Shown: positions 31,440-41,634 of the stretch, piece by piece | How positions within the stretch are numbered: position 1 is the stretch's first letter | Layout of the letters: each line of letters opens with the position of its first letter | Source of the DNA: Chloroflexota bacterium | GTDB taxonomy: Bacteria > Chloroflexota > Dehalococcoidia > DSTF01 > RBG-16-68-14 | Reading direction: 5' to 3' | Length of the DNA stretch: 64,000 bases | Assembly (NCBI GenBank): GCA_022565155.1 | Contig: JADFKB010000006.1 | Coordinates: 53-64,052, forward strand | The notes under the pieces: model-generated | What the model was told of the DNA's origin: nothing | Seen by the model: only the letters and a program-made list of their open reading frames with translations | The model's database searches: none | Made by a program: the position numbers and the translations under genes

Positions 31440-34400
31440 TCAGTTTCGACTGGCCCGCCGCCTGCGGAGGCCCACTGGGGCCGCCAACAGCACCAGCGTA
31501 GCGACAAGCAAGGCGATCGGCCCGGCCAGCGAGACCCCGCCATACGGCTGGCCGGGCCGGCCTGTCTCCGGCAACGCAACGGGTGGCGTCTCATCGTCTG
31601 GCGCGTCGCCTGGCGTATCGACCGATGCCACGGACTCCGCGCAGGGCACAGCGCCGCCGCAGGCCACGCGCCGCACTCGATGGTCAAACGTATCGGCGAT
31701 GAAGAGATGTCCATCGCTGTTCAGCGCGATGCTGTATGGGAAGTACAGGCCCGCTTCGTCAGCCGGGCCGCCATCGCCGAGATAACTAGGTGCCGGTACC
31801 GGCAGGCTGTGTATCGAGCAGAAGAATCCGTTCGTGGGGTCAGTTCCACCGTTGTCGATCGGACGGGAGATGCCGACGCCGGCGACAGTGGTGATGATCC
31901 CCTGCGCGTCCACCTTACGGATGGTGAAACCCCGCAGATCAGAAACGTAGAGGTTGCCCGCGCGGTCCAGCACCACATCATAGGGTCGCAGCAGGCGCGC
32001 CTCGGTGGCCGGGCCGCCATCACCCTCGTTCACATCGCAGAATTCGTTGCCCCCGGCCACGGTGGTGACAAGCCCCTCCGCGCCAACCCGTCGCACCCTG
32101 CCGTTACCCGAATCGGCCAGATAGAGTGCTCCGTCCGGCCCGACCGCCACGCCCCACGGCTCCACCCCGGCTTCCAACGCCGGCACATCCTCACCGTTGT
32201 AGCGGCAGGACCCGTCGCCGACGACGGTGTCGATCAGCCCGGTTGCTAGGTCGATTCGGCGCACCCGGCAGTTGAACGGGCCAGCCAGGTAGAGACCACC
32301 ATCTCCGTCCAGCGCAACATCGAATACCAGATCGAGACTCGCCTCAGTGGCCGGGCCGCCATCGCCGGAGAAGCCGCAGACCCCGTTGCCGGCGATGGTC
32401 TCGATGCGCTGATCGGGAGTGATTCGCCGGACGCGGCAGTTGAATCCCTCTGCGATAAAGAGGGAGCCGTCGTCAGCAAGGGCGAGACCGCCCAGAAAAT
32501 CACCTAGTCGCGCCTCGGTGGCGGGTCCGCCGTCGCCCGAATGGCCGCAGATGCCAATCCCTGCATACGTGGTGACGACGCCGCTGGCGTCGACCCGGCG
32601 TACTTTGCACGTGTCCAGCTCTGAGAAGAACCACTCGCCCTGCTTCCCAAACGCCATGCCCATTGGGTGCCAGGCGCCGCCGCTGGTGGCGGCACCGCCG
32701 TCGCCGCCGGACGCGCAAACGCCGCTGCCAACCACGGTATTGATGACGCCGCCCCCGTCGACGCTTCGTATCCGGCAATTGCCCGTGTCGGCGATGTAGA
32801 CTGAGCCGTCACGGCCTAGCGTGATGTCGCTCGGCCAGTACAGCGAGGCCTGCGTCGCCGGTCCTCCATCTCCCGCCGAGCCGCAGCGTTCAGACCCGGC
32901 GATCGATATGATCGCGCCGCCCACCGAGAAGCGTCGGATGCGACAGTTCTCGCGGTCCGCTACGAGAATGTCTCCGCCAACGTCGACGGCGAGGGCCCAG
33001 GGATGTATCCCTGCCTCGGTGGCAAGGCCGTCCCGGAACGTGCAAGTGCCGTCTCCGGCAACGGTGTCGATAGTGCCAGATGACGGATCGACGCGTCGGA
33101 CGCGGCAGTTTTCGCTGTCGGCGATGTAGAGCGCACCGTCCGGGCCCGCTGCCACATCGCGAGGGAAGAATAGCCTCGCCTCCGTCGCGGCCCCGCCGTC
33201 TCCGGAGAAGCCACAGGATCCGGCACCAGCCACGGTTGTGATGATGCCCAACCCATCTACCTTGCGAATTCGGCAGTTGAACACGTCCGCGATGTAGAGG
33301 TTCCCCTCGGTGTTCAGGGCTAGTCCCCACGGTGCGAGGCCGGCTTCCACTGCGGGTCCTCCGTCACCACTGGCACGACAGGAGCCGTTGCCGGCAACGG
33401 TGGCAACTCTCCCGCTCTCGTCCACGATGCGTACCCGACAGTTGATCGTGTCCGCCACGTACAGAGCACCATCGGCACGCAGAGCGACGCCCCGAGGGTG
33501 GTTCGCGTGCAACCAGGGTCCTATGTCGGCGTCAGCTCCCATGCTGAAGCCGCACGATTCGTGCCCTAAGATGCTGACCACGGCGTCTGTGGGCTGGACA
33601 CGGCGTACCTGACAGTTCCCGGTATCCGCGACGTACAACCGTCCGGCCGCATCGATCGCAACGCCTTCCGGTAGATAGAGACTGGCATTCGCCGCTGGGC
33701 CGCCCGCACCGCCTCCCCCGGCCACTGTGGCGATCGTGTCTGGTGTGTCCGGCGCAAGCGGCTCGGCCGGGGGAGAGGGGGCGTCTAGCAGCGGGTCGGG
33801 CAGCGGCAGCGGGTCGGGGAGGGGTGCCCCGGCGGGCAAGACCACCACGACGCCCTGCATGCCGTCGAACACATGGGGAGTGCAGAAGTAGCCATAGGTA
33901 CCCACTTCGTCAAACGTGTGGACATACGTGTCGCCCAACAGCATCCTGTCGGATGAGAATTCACCTTCGTAGCTCTGCACGTCATGCCACCCGGCACCGG
34001 CGGTTTCGTTCACCCACACGACCGTATCTCCCTCGTGGATAACGACGACGGGCGAGTCGAAGAACTTGTTGCGCTGGCCGACCACCACGAAGTTACCGTC
34101 TTCCGGCGCAGCTTCCTGAACCGCAGCTTGGATAGCTTCGAGCGATACGGTTCGCGCGGCGCCATCGCCGCGCTCCGGCGCGGATTCGCTGGCCTGAGCC
34201 CACGGTGACAACGCGGAGGTATCCGTCAACCCGCCTTCGGGCGACGCGACTCGCTCACCGCCCGCGCCTTCCTGCGCTATGGCCTGGATCAGTGACAGAG
34301 GAAGGCGTAGTAGAGGCGGCGCCGCCGCCGGCGAAAGCAGGCCCACCGCGACGAGGAGGGCAAGAGCAAGGATAAGGCCGAATGGTCGAGACCGGCGCAT
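31440..34400 (-). CDS. Secreted cupredoxin + 12 NHL-repeat protein with LPETG sorting signal
   Basis: Signal peptide; GDTVVWVN...WHDV...YFCTPHVFDGM type-1 Cu site; 12 repeats of P-x-G-x-A...G-x-LY-x-AD; C-terminal LPETG + hydrophobic helix + RRRR. Confidence 0.85.
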   Translation of the reverse strand: MRRSRPFGLILALALLVAVGLLSPAAAPPLLRLPLSLIQAIAQEGAGGERVASPEGGLTDTSALSPWAQASESAPERGDGAARTVSLEAIQAAVQEAAPEDGNFVVVGQRNKFFDSPVVVIHEGDTVVWVNETAGAGWHDVQSYEGEFSSDRMLLGDTYVHTFDEVGTYGYFCTPHVFDGMQGVVVVLPAGAPLPDPLPLPDPLLDAPSPPAEPLAPDTPDTIATVAGGGGAGGPAANASLYLPEGVAIDAAGRLYVADTGNCQVRRVQPTDAVVSILGHESCGFSMGADADIGPWLHANHPRGVALRADGALYVADTINCRVRIVDESGRVATVAGNGSCRASGDGGPAVEAGLAPWGLALNTEGNLYIADVFNCRIRKVDGLGIITTVAGAGSCGFSGDGGAATEARLFFPRDVAAGPDGALYIADSENCRVRRVDPSSGTIDTVAGDGTCTFRDGLATEAGIHPWALAVDVGGDILVADRENCRIRRFSVGGAIISIAGSERCGSAGDGGPATQASLYWPSDITLGRDGSVYIADTGNCRIRSVDGGGVINTVVGSGVCASGGDGGAATSGGAWHPMGMAFGKQGEWFFSELDTCKVRRVDASGVVTTYAGIGICGHSGDGGPATEARLGDFLGGLALADDGSLFIAEGFNCRVRRITPDQRIETIAGNGVCGFSGDGGPATEASLDLVFDVALDGDGGLYLAGPFNCRVRRIDLATGLIDTVVGDGSCRYNGEDVPALEAGVEPWGVAVGPDGALYLADSGNGRVRRVGAEGLVTTVAGGNEFCDVNEGDGGPATEARLLRPYDVVLDRAGNLYVSDLRGFTIRKVDAQGIITTVAGVGISRPIDNGGTDPTNGFFCSIHSLPVPAPSYLGDGGPADEAGLYFPYSIALNSDGHLFIADTFDHRVRRVACGGAVPCAESVASVDTPGDAPDDETPPVALPETGRPGQPYGGVSLAGPIALLVATLVLLAAPVGLRRRRASRN

Positions 34401-34636
34401 CCACTTCCTCCCACACCGGCAGAGAACCGGTACTCGCGACCGGCGGGCGCATCAAGCACTCCTCGCCGGCTGGTACAAGGCACTGCAAGAAGTCGAGCCC
34501 TGGCGACAGCCTGACGATGCTTCTTCCGCAGCTACTCTAGTGCCGCGCTCACGAGCCAGATGTAACTTCGCTCACGGCCGGATGGCCGCTTCTGAGCGTC
34601 CATTCGGTCCTACCAGCCACTCGCGCCTTCTCGACG

Positions 34637-35500
34637 CTATGCCCCCTCGGCTGGGGCCTCCTGCTCCACCAGGCGCGCGCTGTCGCCCTCCAGCTCGACG
34701 GTGATCCAGCGGCCGCGGATGGTGCGCCCCGTTGGGTCGACCTCGGCGCGTAGCACAGCCAGCTCCTCCTCGCTCGGAACGTCGATGTTCTCCAACGTTG
34801 GCGCAACAAGCGGCTCGAACTCCATCTCGGCTACCACGTCGTCGACCGTGGCCCACGGCGCGAGCGCCTGTAATCGGATCTTGCGCGTCCCTTCGTCGAA
34901 GTCGAACACGGCCGTCTCGGTCACCACGCGCCAGGGTCCGGTGTCGGGAGGGAGACCGGCTCGTTCGCGCGCGCTGGGGCTGCCATCCAGATAGCCAGGC
35001 GAAGACATGAAGTCCAGCTTCTTGACGAACTTGCGGCCCTGCTGGCGCGTCATGAGGATCGTCCTCCAGCACAGCGAGGCGATCTCGTTGGCGCCGCCGG
35101 GCCCGCCGAAGCGGCGCGCCGGCCGTTCGTACGCCGGCCCGACGAACGTCGAGTTGAAGTTGCCGTACTGGTCGACCTGCACCGCCGCCAGCACGCCGTA
35201 GTCGATGTAGCCCAGGCCGGCGTGGAAGCTGACGGTGTTCATGTCCGTCCACGACGCGGCCCGGTAGCTGGCGCCGCTCGCCGCGATCAGAAACGGCGGC
35301 GCCGGCAGGGAGACCTGCGGGGCGATGGTCCCATCTTCCACAATGTAGGCGAGCGCCGGGGCGTGCAGGCGTTTCGCGAGCAGCACCGCCACCAGCGGCG
35401 GCCCGCCGATGGCCGTGAAGTAGAGCTTGTCTCCGTTCATCAGCCGCGAGCTGGTGCAGATGATCTGCTCCATGTCGGTGAAGGTGCGCGTCTCCGTCAT
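34637..35500 (-). CDS. Family I CoA-transferase beta subunit (GctB-like)
   Basis: YIVEDG, QVDQYGNFNST, GPGGANEIAS, FMSSPGYL, GPWRVVT. Confidence 0.85.
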   Translation of the reverse strand: MTETRTFTDMEQIICTSSRLMNGDKLYFTAIGGPPLVAVLLAKRLHAPALAYIVEDGTIAPQVSLPAPPFLIAASGASYRAASWTDMNTVSFHAGLGYIDYGVLAAVQVDQYGNFNSTFVGPAYERPARRFGGPGGANEIASLCWRTILMTRQQGRKFVKKLDFMSSPGYLDGSPSARERAGLPPDTGPWRVVTETAVFDFDEGTRKIRLQALAPWATVDDVVAEMEFEPLVAPTLENIDVPSEEELAVLRAEVDPTGRTIRGRWITVELEGDSARLVEQEAPAEGA

Positions 35501-36468
35501 TCGTAGTAGCCTTCCTTGATCGTCTCCTCGGCCTTCAGCGTGTCGAGCTTCTCCTGGCCCACGCGCTGCTCCAGCATCTCTTGGTGCGATGAAACGCTGA
35601 ACACCCACTTCTCCAGGTACTCGTCCATCTTGCCCTGCATCTGCGCGACGCCAGACTCCATCAGGTGCTCGACATCCGCCTTGTAGAGGCCCGGCACGGT
35701 ACCCGGGTAGCCGCCGAATGGAGCGTGGACAACAGCATCGACCGCGTAGTATGGAATCCTCGTCTGCTGGGGGTGCCTGCGGATTTCATCGCTGTCGACG
35801 ATCTCCTCCGTCGACAAGATCAGCTTCTTCGAAGCCATCGCCGTCTCAACGGGCGAGATGACGGCGCCGAAGATGCGCGCGTTGCCGAACTCGTCGCACT
35901 GGTTGACGTGCACCAGCGCGACGTCCGGGGTGAGGGCCGGAACGAGGCAGATCGACTGTCCGGTGTACGGATCTTCGATCAGCTTGGCGCCGGAGAATTT
36001 GAACACGTCTGTACCGCCCAGGTAGCGGAGCGGCAGGAAGGGCACGCCGAGAGAGCCCGCTAAGAGGCGATAGGCCAGCGCGCCGTTGCTCCACTCGAAG
36101 AGCTGCACATCGCCCGCGGCCTGAGCCTCCGTGATCACGCGGCCCACTTCCATCCAGCCCACGTCGATGCGATTCACGCATCCGGCCGCGACGAGCATCG
36201 TCGCGTCATGGGCCGTGAACTTGGCGGCGATCCATAGCTCCCGCTTCTTCTGGCGGATGATCTCGCGCATGAGCGAGGCCGGCCCGCGCACCCAGAGGTT
36301 GCAGTCGTAGGCAACGTAGTCGCCATCATCGACGAAGCGCTCGATCGCCTCGTGTTCGGACATCACCTTCGAGACGAGGCCCTTCTCCTTGTGGTCGCGG
36401 ATGTAGCGCCGGTGAGCGTCCGGGTCGGGCGCCAGGAACACGCCCGTGCCCTCCGCGACGATGGTCAC
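35497..36468 (-). CDS. Family I CoA-transferase alpha subunit (GctA-like)
   Basis: EAIERFVDDGD, EWSNGAL, GVPFLP, PDVALVHVNQCDEFGN, VVHAPFGGYP; GTG start inferred. Confidence 0.85.
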   Translation of the reverse strand: MTIVAEGTGVFLAPDPDAHRRYIRDHKEKGLVSKVMSEHEAIERFVDDGDYVAYDCNLWVRGPASLMREIIRQKKRELWIAAKFTAHDATMLVAAGCVNRIDVGWMEVGRVITEAQAAGDVQLFEWSNGALAYRLLAGSLGVPFLPLRYLGGTDVFKFSGAKLIEDPYTGQSICLVPALTPDVALVHVNQCDEFGNARIFGAVISPVETAMASKKLILSTEEIVDSDEIRRHPQQTRIPYYAVDAVVHAPFGGYPGTVPGLYKADVEHLMESGVAQMQGKMDEYLEKWVFSVSSHQEMLEQRVGQEKLDTLKAEETIKEGYYE

Positions 36469-37298
36469 TATGAGCCGTCCTCGCTCGCCTGGCCGGCGCC
36501 TGGGATCGCGAGCTGGAACTCGAGGTTGAGCGCATGCGCCACGTACTTCAGCTCTTCCCCGCGCCACGGCAGAGGCGCGGGCGTCTGGATCAGGCCGTCC
36601 CGCTTCAGCTCCTCAACGACCGCAGGGTCCGACTTGAACGGCTTGCCGTGCTTCATCTCGAAGAAGAGGTCCTCCAGCGGCGGGCGGCTCGTCTGGCCGC
36701 CGGCTTCCCACGACTCCGCCGGGTAGCCGACCGACATCAGACAGACCGGGATGGCCGTCTCCGGCAGGTTGAGCAGCCCTCCGATCTGCTCGATACGCGG
36801 ACTGCTCATGAGGCACGTGCCGAGGCCCTCGTCCCACGCGACCATGGTGGCCTGAGCGACCACCTGGCCAACATCCATGAACGCGAGCGGCGCGACGGCC
36901 ATCTGCTCCCATGTGGCGCCGAACGCGGGACGGAGCGCCTTCTCGATGATCGCGTGCGTCTTCTCAACGTCCTCGCCGATGCGGCGCTGGGTCGCGAGGT
37001 TCTTCATGTCGTTGATCCACTTGTTCCCCTCGTAGGACATCTTGTCGTGGTACCAGAGGATGAACACGGGGGCGGTCTGCATCTGTTGATAGCCGATGGG
37101 CGGCGTGATCGCTTTCATCACCTCCTCGGATGCCTGTTCCCGCCAGATGACAATAGCCCGCGCGACGGTGACGTTGCCCACGCACGATGCGCGGCGGCCA
37201 GCCTCTAGCATCTTCTGGATCTTTTCGCGCTCTACTGGCCGGAACGGGAGGTAGTATCGAATGCTACGCCTGTTGCCGAGAACCCGCTTGACTTCCAT
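36468..37298 (-). CDS. Nitroreductase family protein
   Basis: RRSIRYY, EGLGTC, SVGYP. Confidence 0.8.
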   Translation of the reverse strand: MEVKRVLGNRRSIRYYLPFRPVEREKIQKMLEAGRRASCVGNVTVARAIVIWREQASEEVMKAITPPIGYQQMQTAPVFILWYHDKMSYEGNKWINDMKNLATQRRIGEDVEKTHAIIEKALRPAFGATWEQMAVAPLAFMDVGQVVAQATMVAWDEGLGTCLMSSPRIEQIGGLLNLPETAIPVCLMSVGYPAESWEAGGQTSRPPLEDLFFEMKHGKPFKSDPAVVEELKRDGLIQTPAPLPWRGEELKYVAHALNLEFQLAIPGAGQASEDGS

Positions 37299-37327
37299 GA
37301 GGAGCCTCCTCTCGCTGATGTCTGCCG

Positions 37328-38548
37328 TTACCTGGCGAGGATGTGCACTGTCGTCGCGGCGGCCTCGCCGCGCACCATGCCGCCGCCGTTCTCGGTCAGG
37401 CCTACCTTCGCGCCGTCCACCTGGCGATCGCCGGCTTCGCCACGGAGCTGCAGCCAGATCTCGTAGATCTGCGCGATGCCCGTCGCGCCCACGGGGTGGC
37501 CCTTTGCCAGCAGCCCGCCGCTGGTGTTGACGGGCAGGCGCCCGCCGATCTCGGTGACGCCTTCGTCGATCAGCTTGCCGCCCTCCCCTTCCTCACAGAG
37601 GCCCAACTCTTCGTAGATGAAGAGCTCCGCGGGCGCGGTGGCGTCATGGACCTCTATCACGTCGACGTCCTTTGGTGTCATCCCGGCCATCTCGAACGCC
37701 CGCTGCGCCGCGCGCGCCGTTGCGCCGCCGACCTTCCCGCGGTCGTCGGCGCCGGAAACGATCGCCGAGCCCCGCACCCACACGGGATCGGTCGTCATCT
37801 GTCTGGCCTTCTCCTCGCTCACCAGGATCGCGGCGGCCGCTCCATCGCCGATGGGCGAGCACATGAGGCGCGTCAGCGGCTCGGACACCATCGGCGAGGC
37901 GAGGATCTCTTCAAGGGTGTAGCGCTCCCGATACTGGGCGAGCGGGTTGAGGCTGCCGTTGTTGTGGTTCTTCACGGCGATGCGGGCATACTGCTCCTTT
38001 GTCGTCCCGTAGCGCTCCATGTGCGCCCGCGCGGCAGCTCCGTAGATGTCCATGAAGAGGCTGCGCTTGGTGCCGGCGCCGCTCTCCTCGCCAGACTTCT
38101 TCTCGGAAGGCGGCTTCAGATTGCTCATGATCTCACGAAGCTGCTCGACATCGACGGCCCCGCTGAACGCCGCCATCGACTTCGCCTTGTCCGCGACGAA
38201 CATCTTCTCCACGCCGACGGCCAGCGCAACATCGTAGAGGCCGGACGCGACGTAGAGCCACGCGACCTGGAACGCAGTCGACGAGCTGGCACACGCGTTC
38301 TCGGTGTTGACCATCGGGATCTTGTCGATCCCCATCTCGCGCAGAACCACCTGGGCGCGGACACACTCCTGTCCTGTGATCAACCCGGCCGCGGCGTTAC
38401 CCACGACCGCGACCTGCAATCCTGACTTGTCGATTCCGGAGGACTCCAGAGCTGCGCTAACGGCTTCGTCCGTCAACTGCTTGAGCCCGCGATCCTGATA
38501 CTTGGCGAAACGTGTCATACCAGCGCCGGCTATCGCGACGTTTCTCAT
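37328..38548 (-). CDS. SCP2-type thiolase family protein
   Basis: [47 protein letters not shown]. Confidence 0.88.
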   Translation of the reverse strand: MRNVAIAGAGMTRFAKYQDRGLKQLTDEAVSAALESSGIDKSGLQVAVVGNAAAGLITGQECVRAQVVLREMGIDKIPMVNTENACASSSTAFQVAWLYVASGLYDVALAVGVEKMFVADKAKSMAAFSGAVDVEQLREIMSNLKPPSEKKSGEESGAGTKRSLFMDIYGAAARAHMERYGTTKEQYARIAVKNHNNGSLNPLAQYRERYTLEEILASPMVSEPLTRLMCSPIGDGAAAAILVSEEKARQMTTDPVWVRGSAIVSGADDRGKVGGATARAAQRAFEMAGMTPKDVDVIEVHDATAPAELFIYEELGLCEEGEGGKLIDEGVTEIGGRLPVNTSGGLLAKGHPVGATGIAQIYEIWLQLRGEAGDRQVDGAKVGLTENGGGMVRGEAAATTVHILAR

Positions 38549-38627
38549 AGCAGCCTCCTCATGCACTCAAGAGCGACACTACGTGTTGGGCTTCAGGCTA
38601 CCCAGTGCCACTCTGCTCGTTTCACCT

Positions 38628-38641
38628 GGGCCGTTCGGCAC
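38628..38641. promoter_or_regulatory. DosR-box-like palindrome upstream of ahbC
   Basis: GGGCCGTTCGGCAC, 1 mismatch to consensus, intergenic. Confidence 0.55.
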
Positions 38642-38795
38642 TTACCTGAGACTGAGGCGAGGTCTACATTGAACTGACAGACGATGCTTAGGATCTTGCA
38701 CTTCGCCGATCTGCACCTTGACGGTTCGGTTCCCGCGAGCGTCAAGCCTCTGGCACGTATGCTCCCGGTGAGGACGCGACACATGTGGAAGCGGC

Positions 38796-40052
38796 ATGCT
38801 CGGTGTTAGCAGACTGCTGAACGGAACCGTCCGACCGGAGGACGCGTTGCGTTACGGCCGACGCTCCGGCAGCGGTCCGGCTCACCTTCTTCACTACTCC
38901 AGTGACAAGAAGCCGGTTGTGGTTTGGAACGCGACGCGGCGCTGCAACTTGTCGTGCATGCACTGCTACTCCGACTCGCATGATCGCGAGTACCCCGGCG
39001 AGCTGACCACCGAGGAGGGCCGGCGCCTGCTGGACGACCTCGCGGCGTTTGGGGCGCCGACGGTGATCTTCTCGGGTGGCGAACCGCTGGTGCGGCCCGA
39101 CCTCTTCGAGCTGGCAGCCTACGCCGGAGAGCTTGGACTGCGCTGCGTTCTCTCTACCAACGGCACGCTGATCACTCAGGAGATCGCGCGCAGGATCAAG
39201 GAAGCTGCCTTCTCTTATGTGGGTATCAGCCTCGACGGTATCGGGGCGGCCCATGACAAGGTGAGGGGCCGGAAAGGCGCCTACGATGAAGCGCTGAGTG
39301 GGCTGCGCTACTGCCGCGATGAGGGGACTCGAGTAGGGCTGCGTTTCACGGTTCACCGGCAGAACTTCGACCAGCTTCCCGGGATCTTCGATCTCTTGGA
39401 GACTGAGGACATCCCTAGGTGTTGCGTCTATCACCTGGCCTATGCCGGCCGCGGCGACAAGATCAGGGCCTACGACCTAGAGCCGCGAGACACGCGCGCA
39501 GTCTTGGATCATGTGTTCCAGCGAGCGCGTGACTTCCACGAACGAGGCTTGGAGAAGGATATCCTGACCGTCGACAACCACACCGATGGCGTCTACCTCT
39601 ACATGAAGCTGCGTGAGGAGGAACCGGACCGCGCCGAAGATGTCCATCAACTGCTTGCTTGGAACGGTGGCAATCAGTCAGGTATCGCTATCGCCTCCGT
39701 CGATCCGCTAGGCGACGTCCATCCAGACCAGTTCTCCTGGCACTACTCGCTCGGGAACGTTCGCGAACGGCCGTTCGGCGAGATCTGGACTGACACAAGC
39801 GACCCGAGGATGGCCGTGCTCAAGGACAGAAAGGGTTCACTGAAGGGGCGCTGCCATTCATGCCGCTTCCTTGACATCTGCAATGGCAACCTCAGGGTGC
39901 GGGCGGAGCGCTACTTCGACGACTTCATGGCGCCAGATCCTGCTTGCTACCTCACCGACGATGAGATCGGTATCGAACCCGGCACCGCAGAGGCCGAAGA
40001 GGCCGCAAGGTGGCCGGTACCGGTACAGCAGAACGGCCACGATCAGCGATGA
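38796..40052 (+). CDS. ahbC: Radical SAM/SPASM 12,18-didecarboxysiroheme deacetylase (AhbC/NirJ1)
   Basis: DALRYGR...SSDKKPVVVWNATRRCNLSCMHCY, LTVDNHTDG, WNGGNQSG, CNGNLRVRA...DPACY. Confidence 0.82.
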   Translation: MLGVSRLLNGTVRPEDALRYGRRSGSGPAHLLHYSSDKKPVVVWNATRRCNLSCMHCYSDSHDREYPGELTTEEGRRLLDDLAAFGAPTVIFSGGEPLVRPDLFELAAYAGELGLRCVLSTNGTLITQEIARRIKEAAFSYVGISLDGIGAAHDKVRGRKGAYDEALSGLRYCRDEGTRVGLRFTVHRQNFDQLPGIFDLLETEDIPRCCVYHLAYAGRGDKIRAYDLEPRDTRAVLDHVFQRARDFHERGLEKDILTVDNHTDGVYLYMKLREEEPDRAEDVHQLLAWNGGNQSGIAIASVDPLGDVHPDQFSWHYSLGNVRERPFGEIWTDTSDPRMAVLKDRKGSLKGRCHSCRFLDICNGNLRVRAERYFDDFMAPDPACYLTDDEIGIEPGTAEAEEAARWPVPVQQNGHDQR

Positions 40053-41227
40053 GCGGCAACGGCTCGCTGCCGGACACCTCACGGCTGGCCGTGACGGAGC
40101 GACGAGCCTTCGACGCTCGCCTCGTCGAGGCGAACTTTGACCTGGCCCCTTTCACTATCGCGTGGGAGATCACGCGCGCCTGCGCGTTCGCTTGCCGCCA
40201 TTGCCGGGCTGAAGCTCAGCCGCAGCGGGATCCGAACGAGCTCACCACGGAAGAGGCGTTTGGTCTCATCGACCAGATCCGCGAGTTCGGCGATCCGATC
40301 CTGGTCATCACCGGCGGCGATCCGATGATGCGCCGCGACCTCTACGATATCCTTGGATACGCGGTCGAGAAAGGCCTTCGCACGTCGCTTACGCCTACGA
40401 CGACGCGACTGGTCACGCGCGAGGCGCTCGCCCGCGTGCAGGACGTCGGAGTGCGCCGTGTCGCCGTTAGCCTGGACGGGCCGACGGCTGAGATCCACGA
40501 CTCGTTCCGCGGCTTCACTGGCTCCTTTAAGATAGCCAGGGGCATCATCAAGCAGGTCGCGGACGTTGGACTCTCTCTCCAGATCAACACGACGGTGAGC
40601 CGCTATAACGTCCACCTGCTCGACCAGATGGCCGACCTCGTTGGGCGCTCGAACGTTGTCCAGTGGAGCCTCTTCTTCCTCGTACCGACGGGGCGGGCGA
40701 ACGCCGCCGACATGATCTCGCCTGAAGAGCACGAGCAGGTGTTCCACTGGCTCTGCGATCTCAGCCAGCGTGCGTCGTTCGACATCAAGAGCACGGCGGC
40801 TCCGGCTTACCGGCGCGTCGTCATTCAGCGGCGGCGCGCCGCCCAGGGATCGTCAGCAAGCAAGGCGTCAGCACCAGCACTAGCCGGCGCGGGCTATCGC
40901 TACGCGGATGGGTTGGGGCGTCCGGCCAAGGGCGTGAACGACGGAAACGGCTTCTGCTTCATTTCGCACACCGGCGACGTCTATCCGTCCGGCTTCCTAC
41001 CGCTATCCGCCGGCAACGTGCGACAGCAATCACTGGTGGACCTGTATCGCACGGCCCCCCTCTTCCGTCGCCTACGCGACCCGAGCGCGCTGAAGGGCAA
41101 ATGCGGCCGTTGCGACTTCCGCGACGTGTGCGGCGGCAGCAGAGCGAGGGCGTACGCCATCAACAACGACCCACTAGCAGAGGACCCCTCCTGCGTCTAC
41201 CAGCCAAGGGTGTCTGTGAGTGCTTAG
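40049..41227 (+). CDS. Radical SAM/SPASM protein, AhbD/NirJ2-like (putative heme synthase)
   Basis: WEITRACAFACRHCRAEA, GVNDGNGFCFISHTGDVYPSGFLP, CGRCDFRDVCGGSRARA, EDPSC; overlaps the ahbC stop. Confidence 0.75.
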   Translation: MSGNGSLPDTSRLAVTERRAFDARLVEANFDLAPFTIAWEITRACAFACRHCRAEAQPQRDPNELTTEEAFGLIDQIREFGDPILVITGGDPMMRRDLYDILGYAVEKGLRTSLTPTTTRLVTREALARVQDVGVRRVAVSLDGPTAEIHDSFRGFTGSFKIARGIIKQVADVGLSLQINTTVSRYNVHLLDQMADLVGRSNVVQWSLFFLVPTGRANAADMISPEEHEQVFHWLCDLSQRASFDIKSTAAPAYRRVVIQRRRAAQGSSASKASAPALAGAGYRYADGLGRPAKGVNDGNGFCFISHTGDVYPSGFLPLSAGNVRQQSLVDLYRTAPLFRRLRDPSALKGKCGRCDFRDVCGGSRARAYAINNDPLAEDPSCVYQPRVSVSA

Positions 41228-41527
41228 TTGGGACAGGGGGCACGGAATCGGAGCAAGACCTCGTCTCCGGCGGATATGAGCCGCGTTCAAGTCGCCTTGG
41301 AGCCCGTAGGCGCAACTGGACATCTACGAGCTACCGGCGAAACCCCACTATCTCATTCTCATCACCCCCCTGATTCGCACCGGCGACCTCATGCATGGAG
41401 GCTACAACGTGTATGGGAGGTTCCGTTCAGCTGGCTGGGCGAATCGTGGTGGCGGCCTCTTTCTGGAACTCGGAGTCCCTTCGGATGTAGCGACCATCTG
41501 GCTGTCGGTAGCCTCCTGTTCGCGCGA

Positions 41528-41564
41528 AGGCCATCTGGCCCCCGTCTTTCAGTAGCAATGTCCC
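41528..41564. promoter_or_regulatory. Tandem DosR-box-like sites upstream of the cupredoxin lipoprotein
   Basis: AGGCCATCTGGCCC (41528) and AGTAGCAATGTCCC (41551; GGGAC half-site on the reverse strand), 23 bp apart. Confidence 0.55.
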
Positions 41565-41634
41565 TACAGTACCCTTCAAGAACAGCCTACGCTGCAGAGA
41601 GAACGATCGAATCTACAAAGGAGGCCTCTGGGAA

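Noticed and set aside
31700-33700. CRISPR array or DNA tandem repeat
   Set aside because: The periodicity comes from degenerate protein-coding NHL repeats; no identical repeat-spacer structure or cas genes in the window.
34637-36468. IpdAB steroid ring-cleaving hydrolase
   Set aside because: The sequence reads as a GctAB-like CoA-transferase with the beta-subunit Glu; I did not recognise IpdAB-specific motifs.
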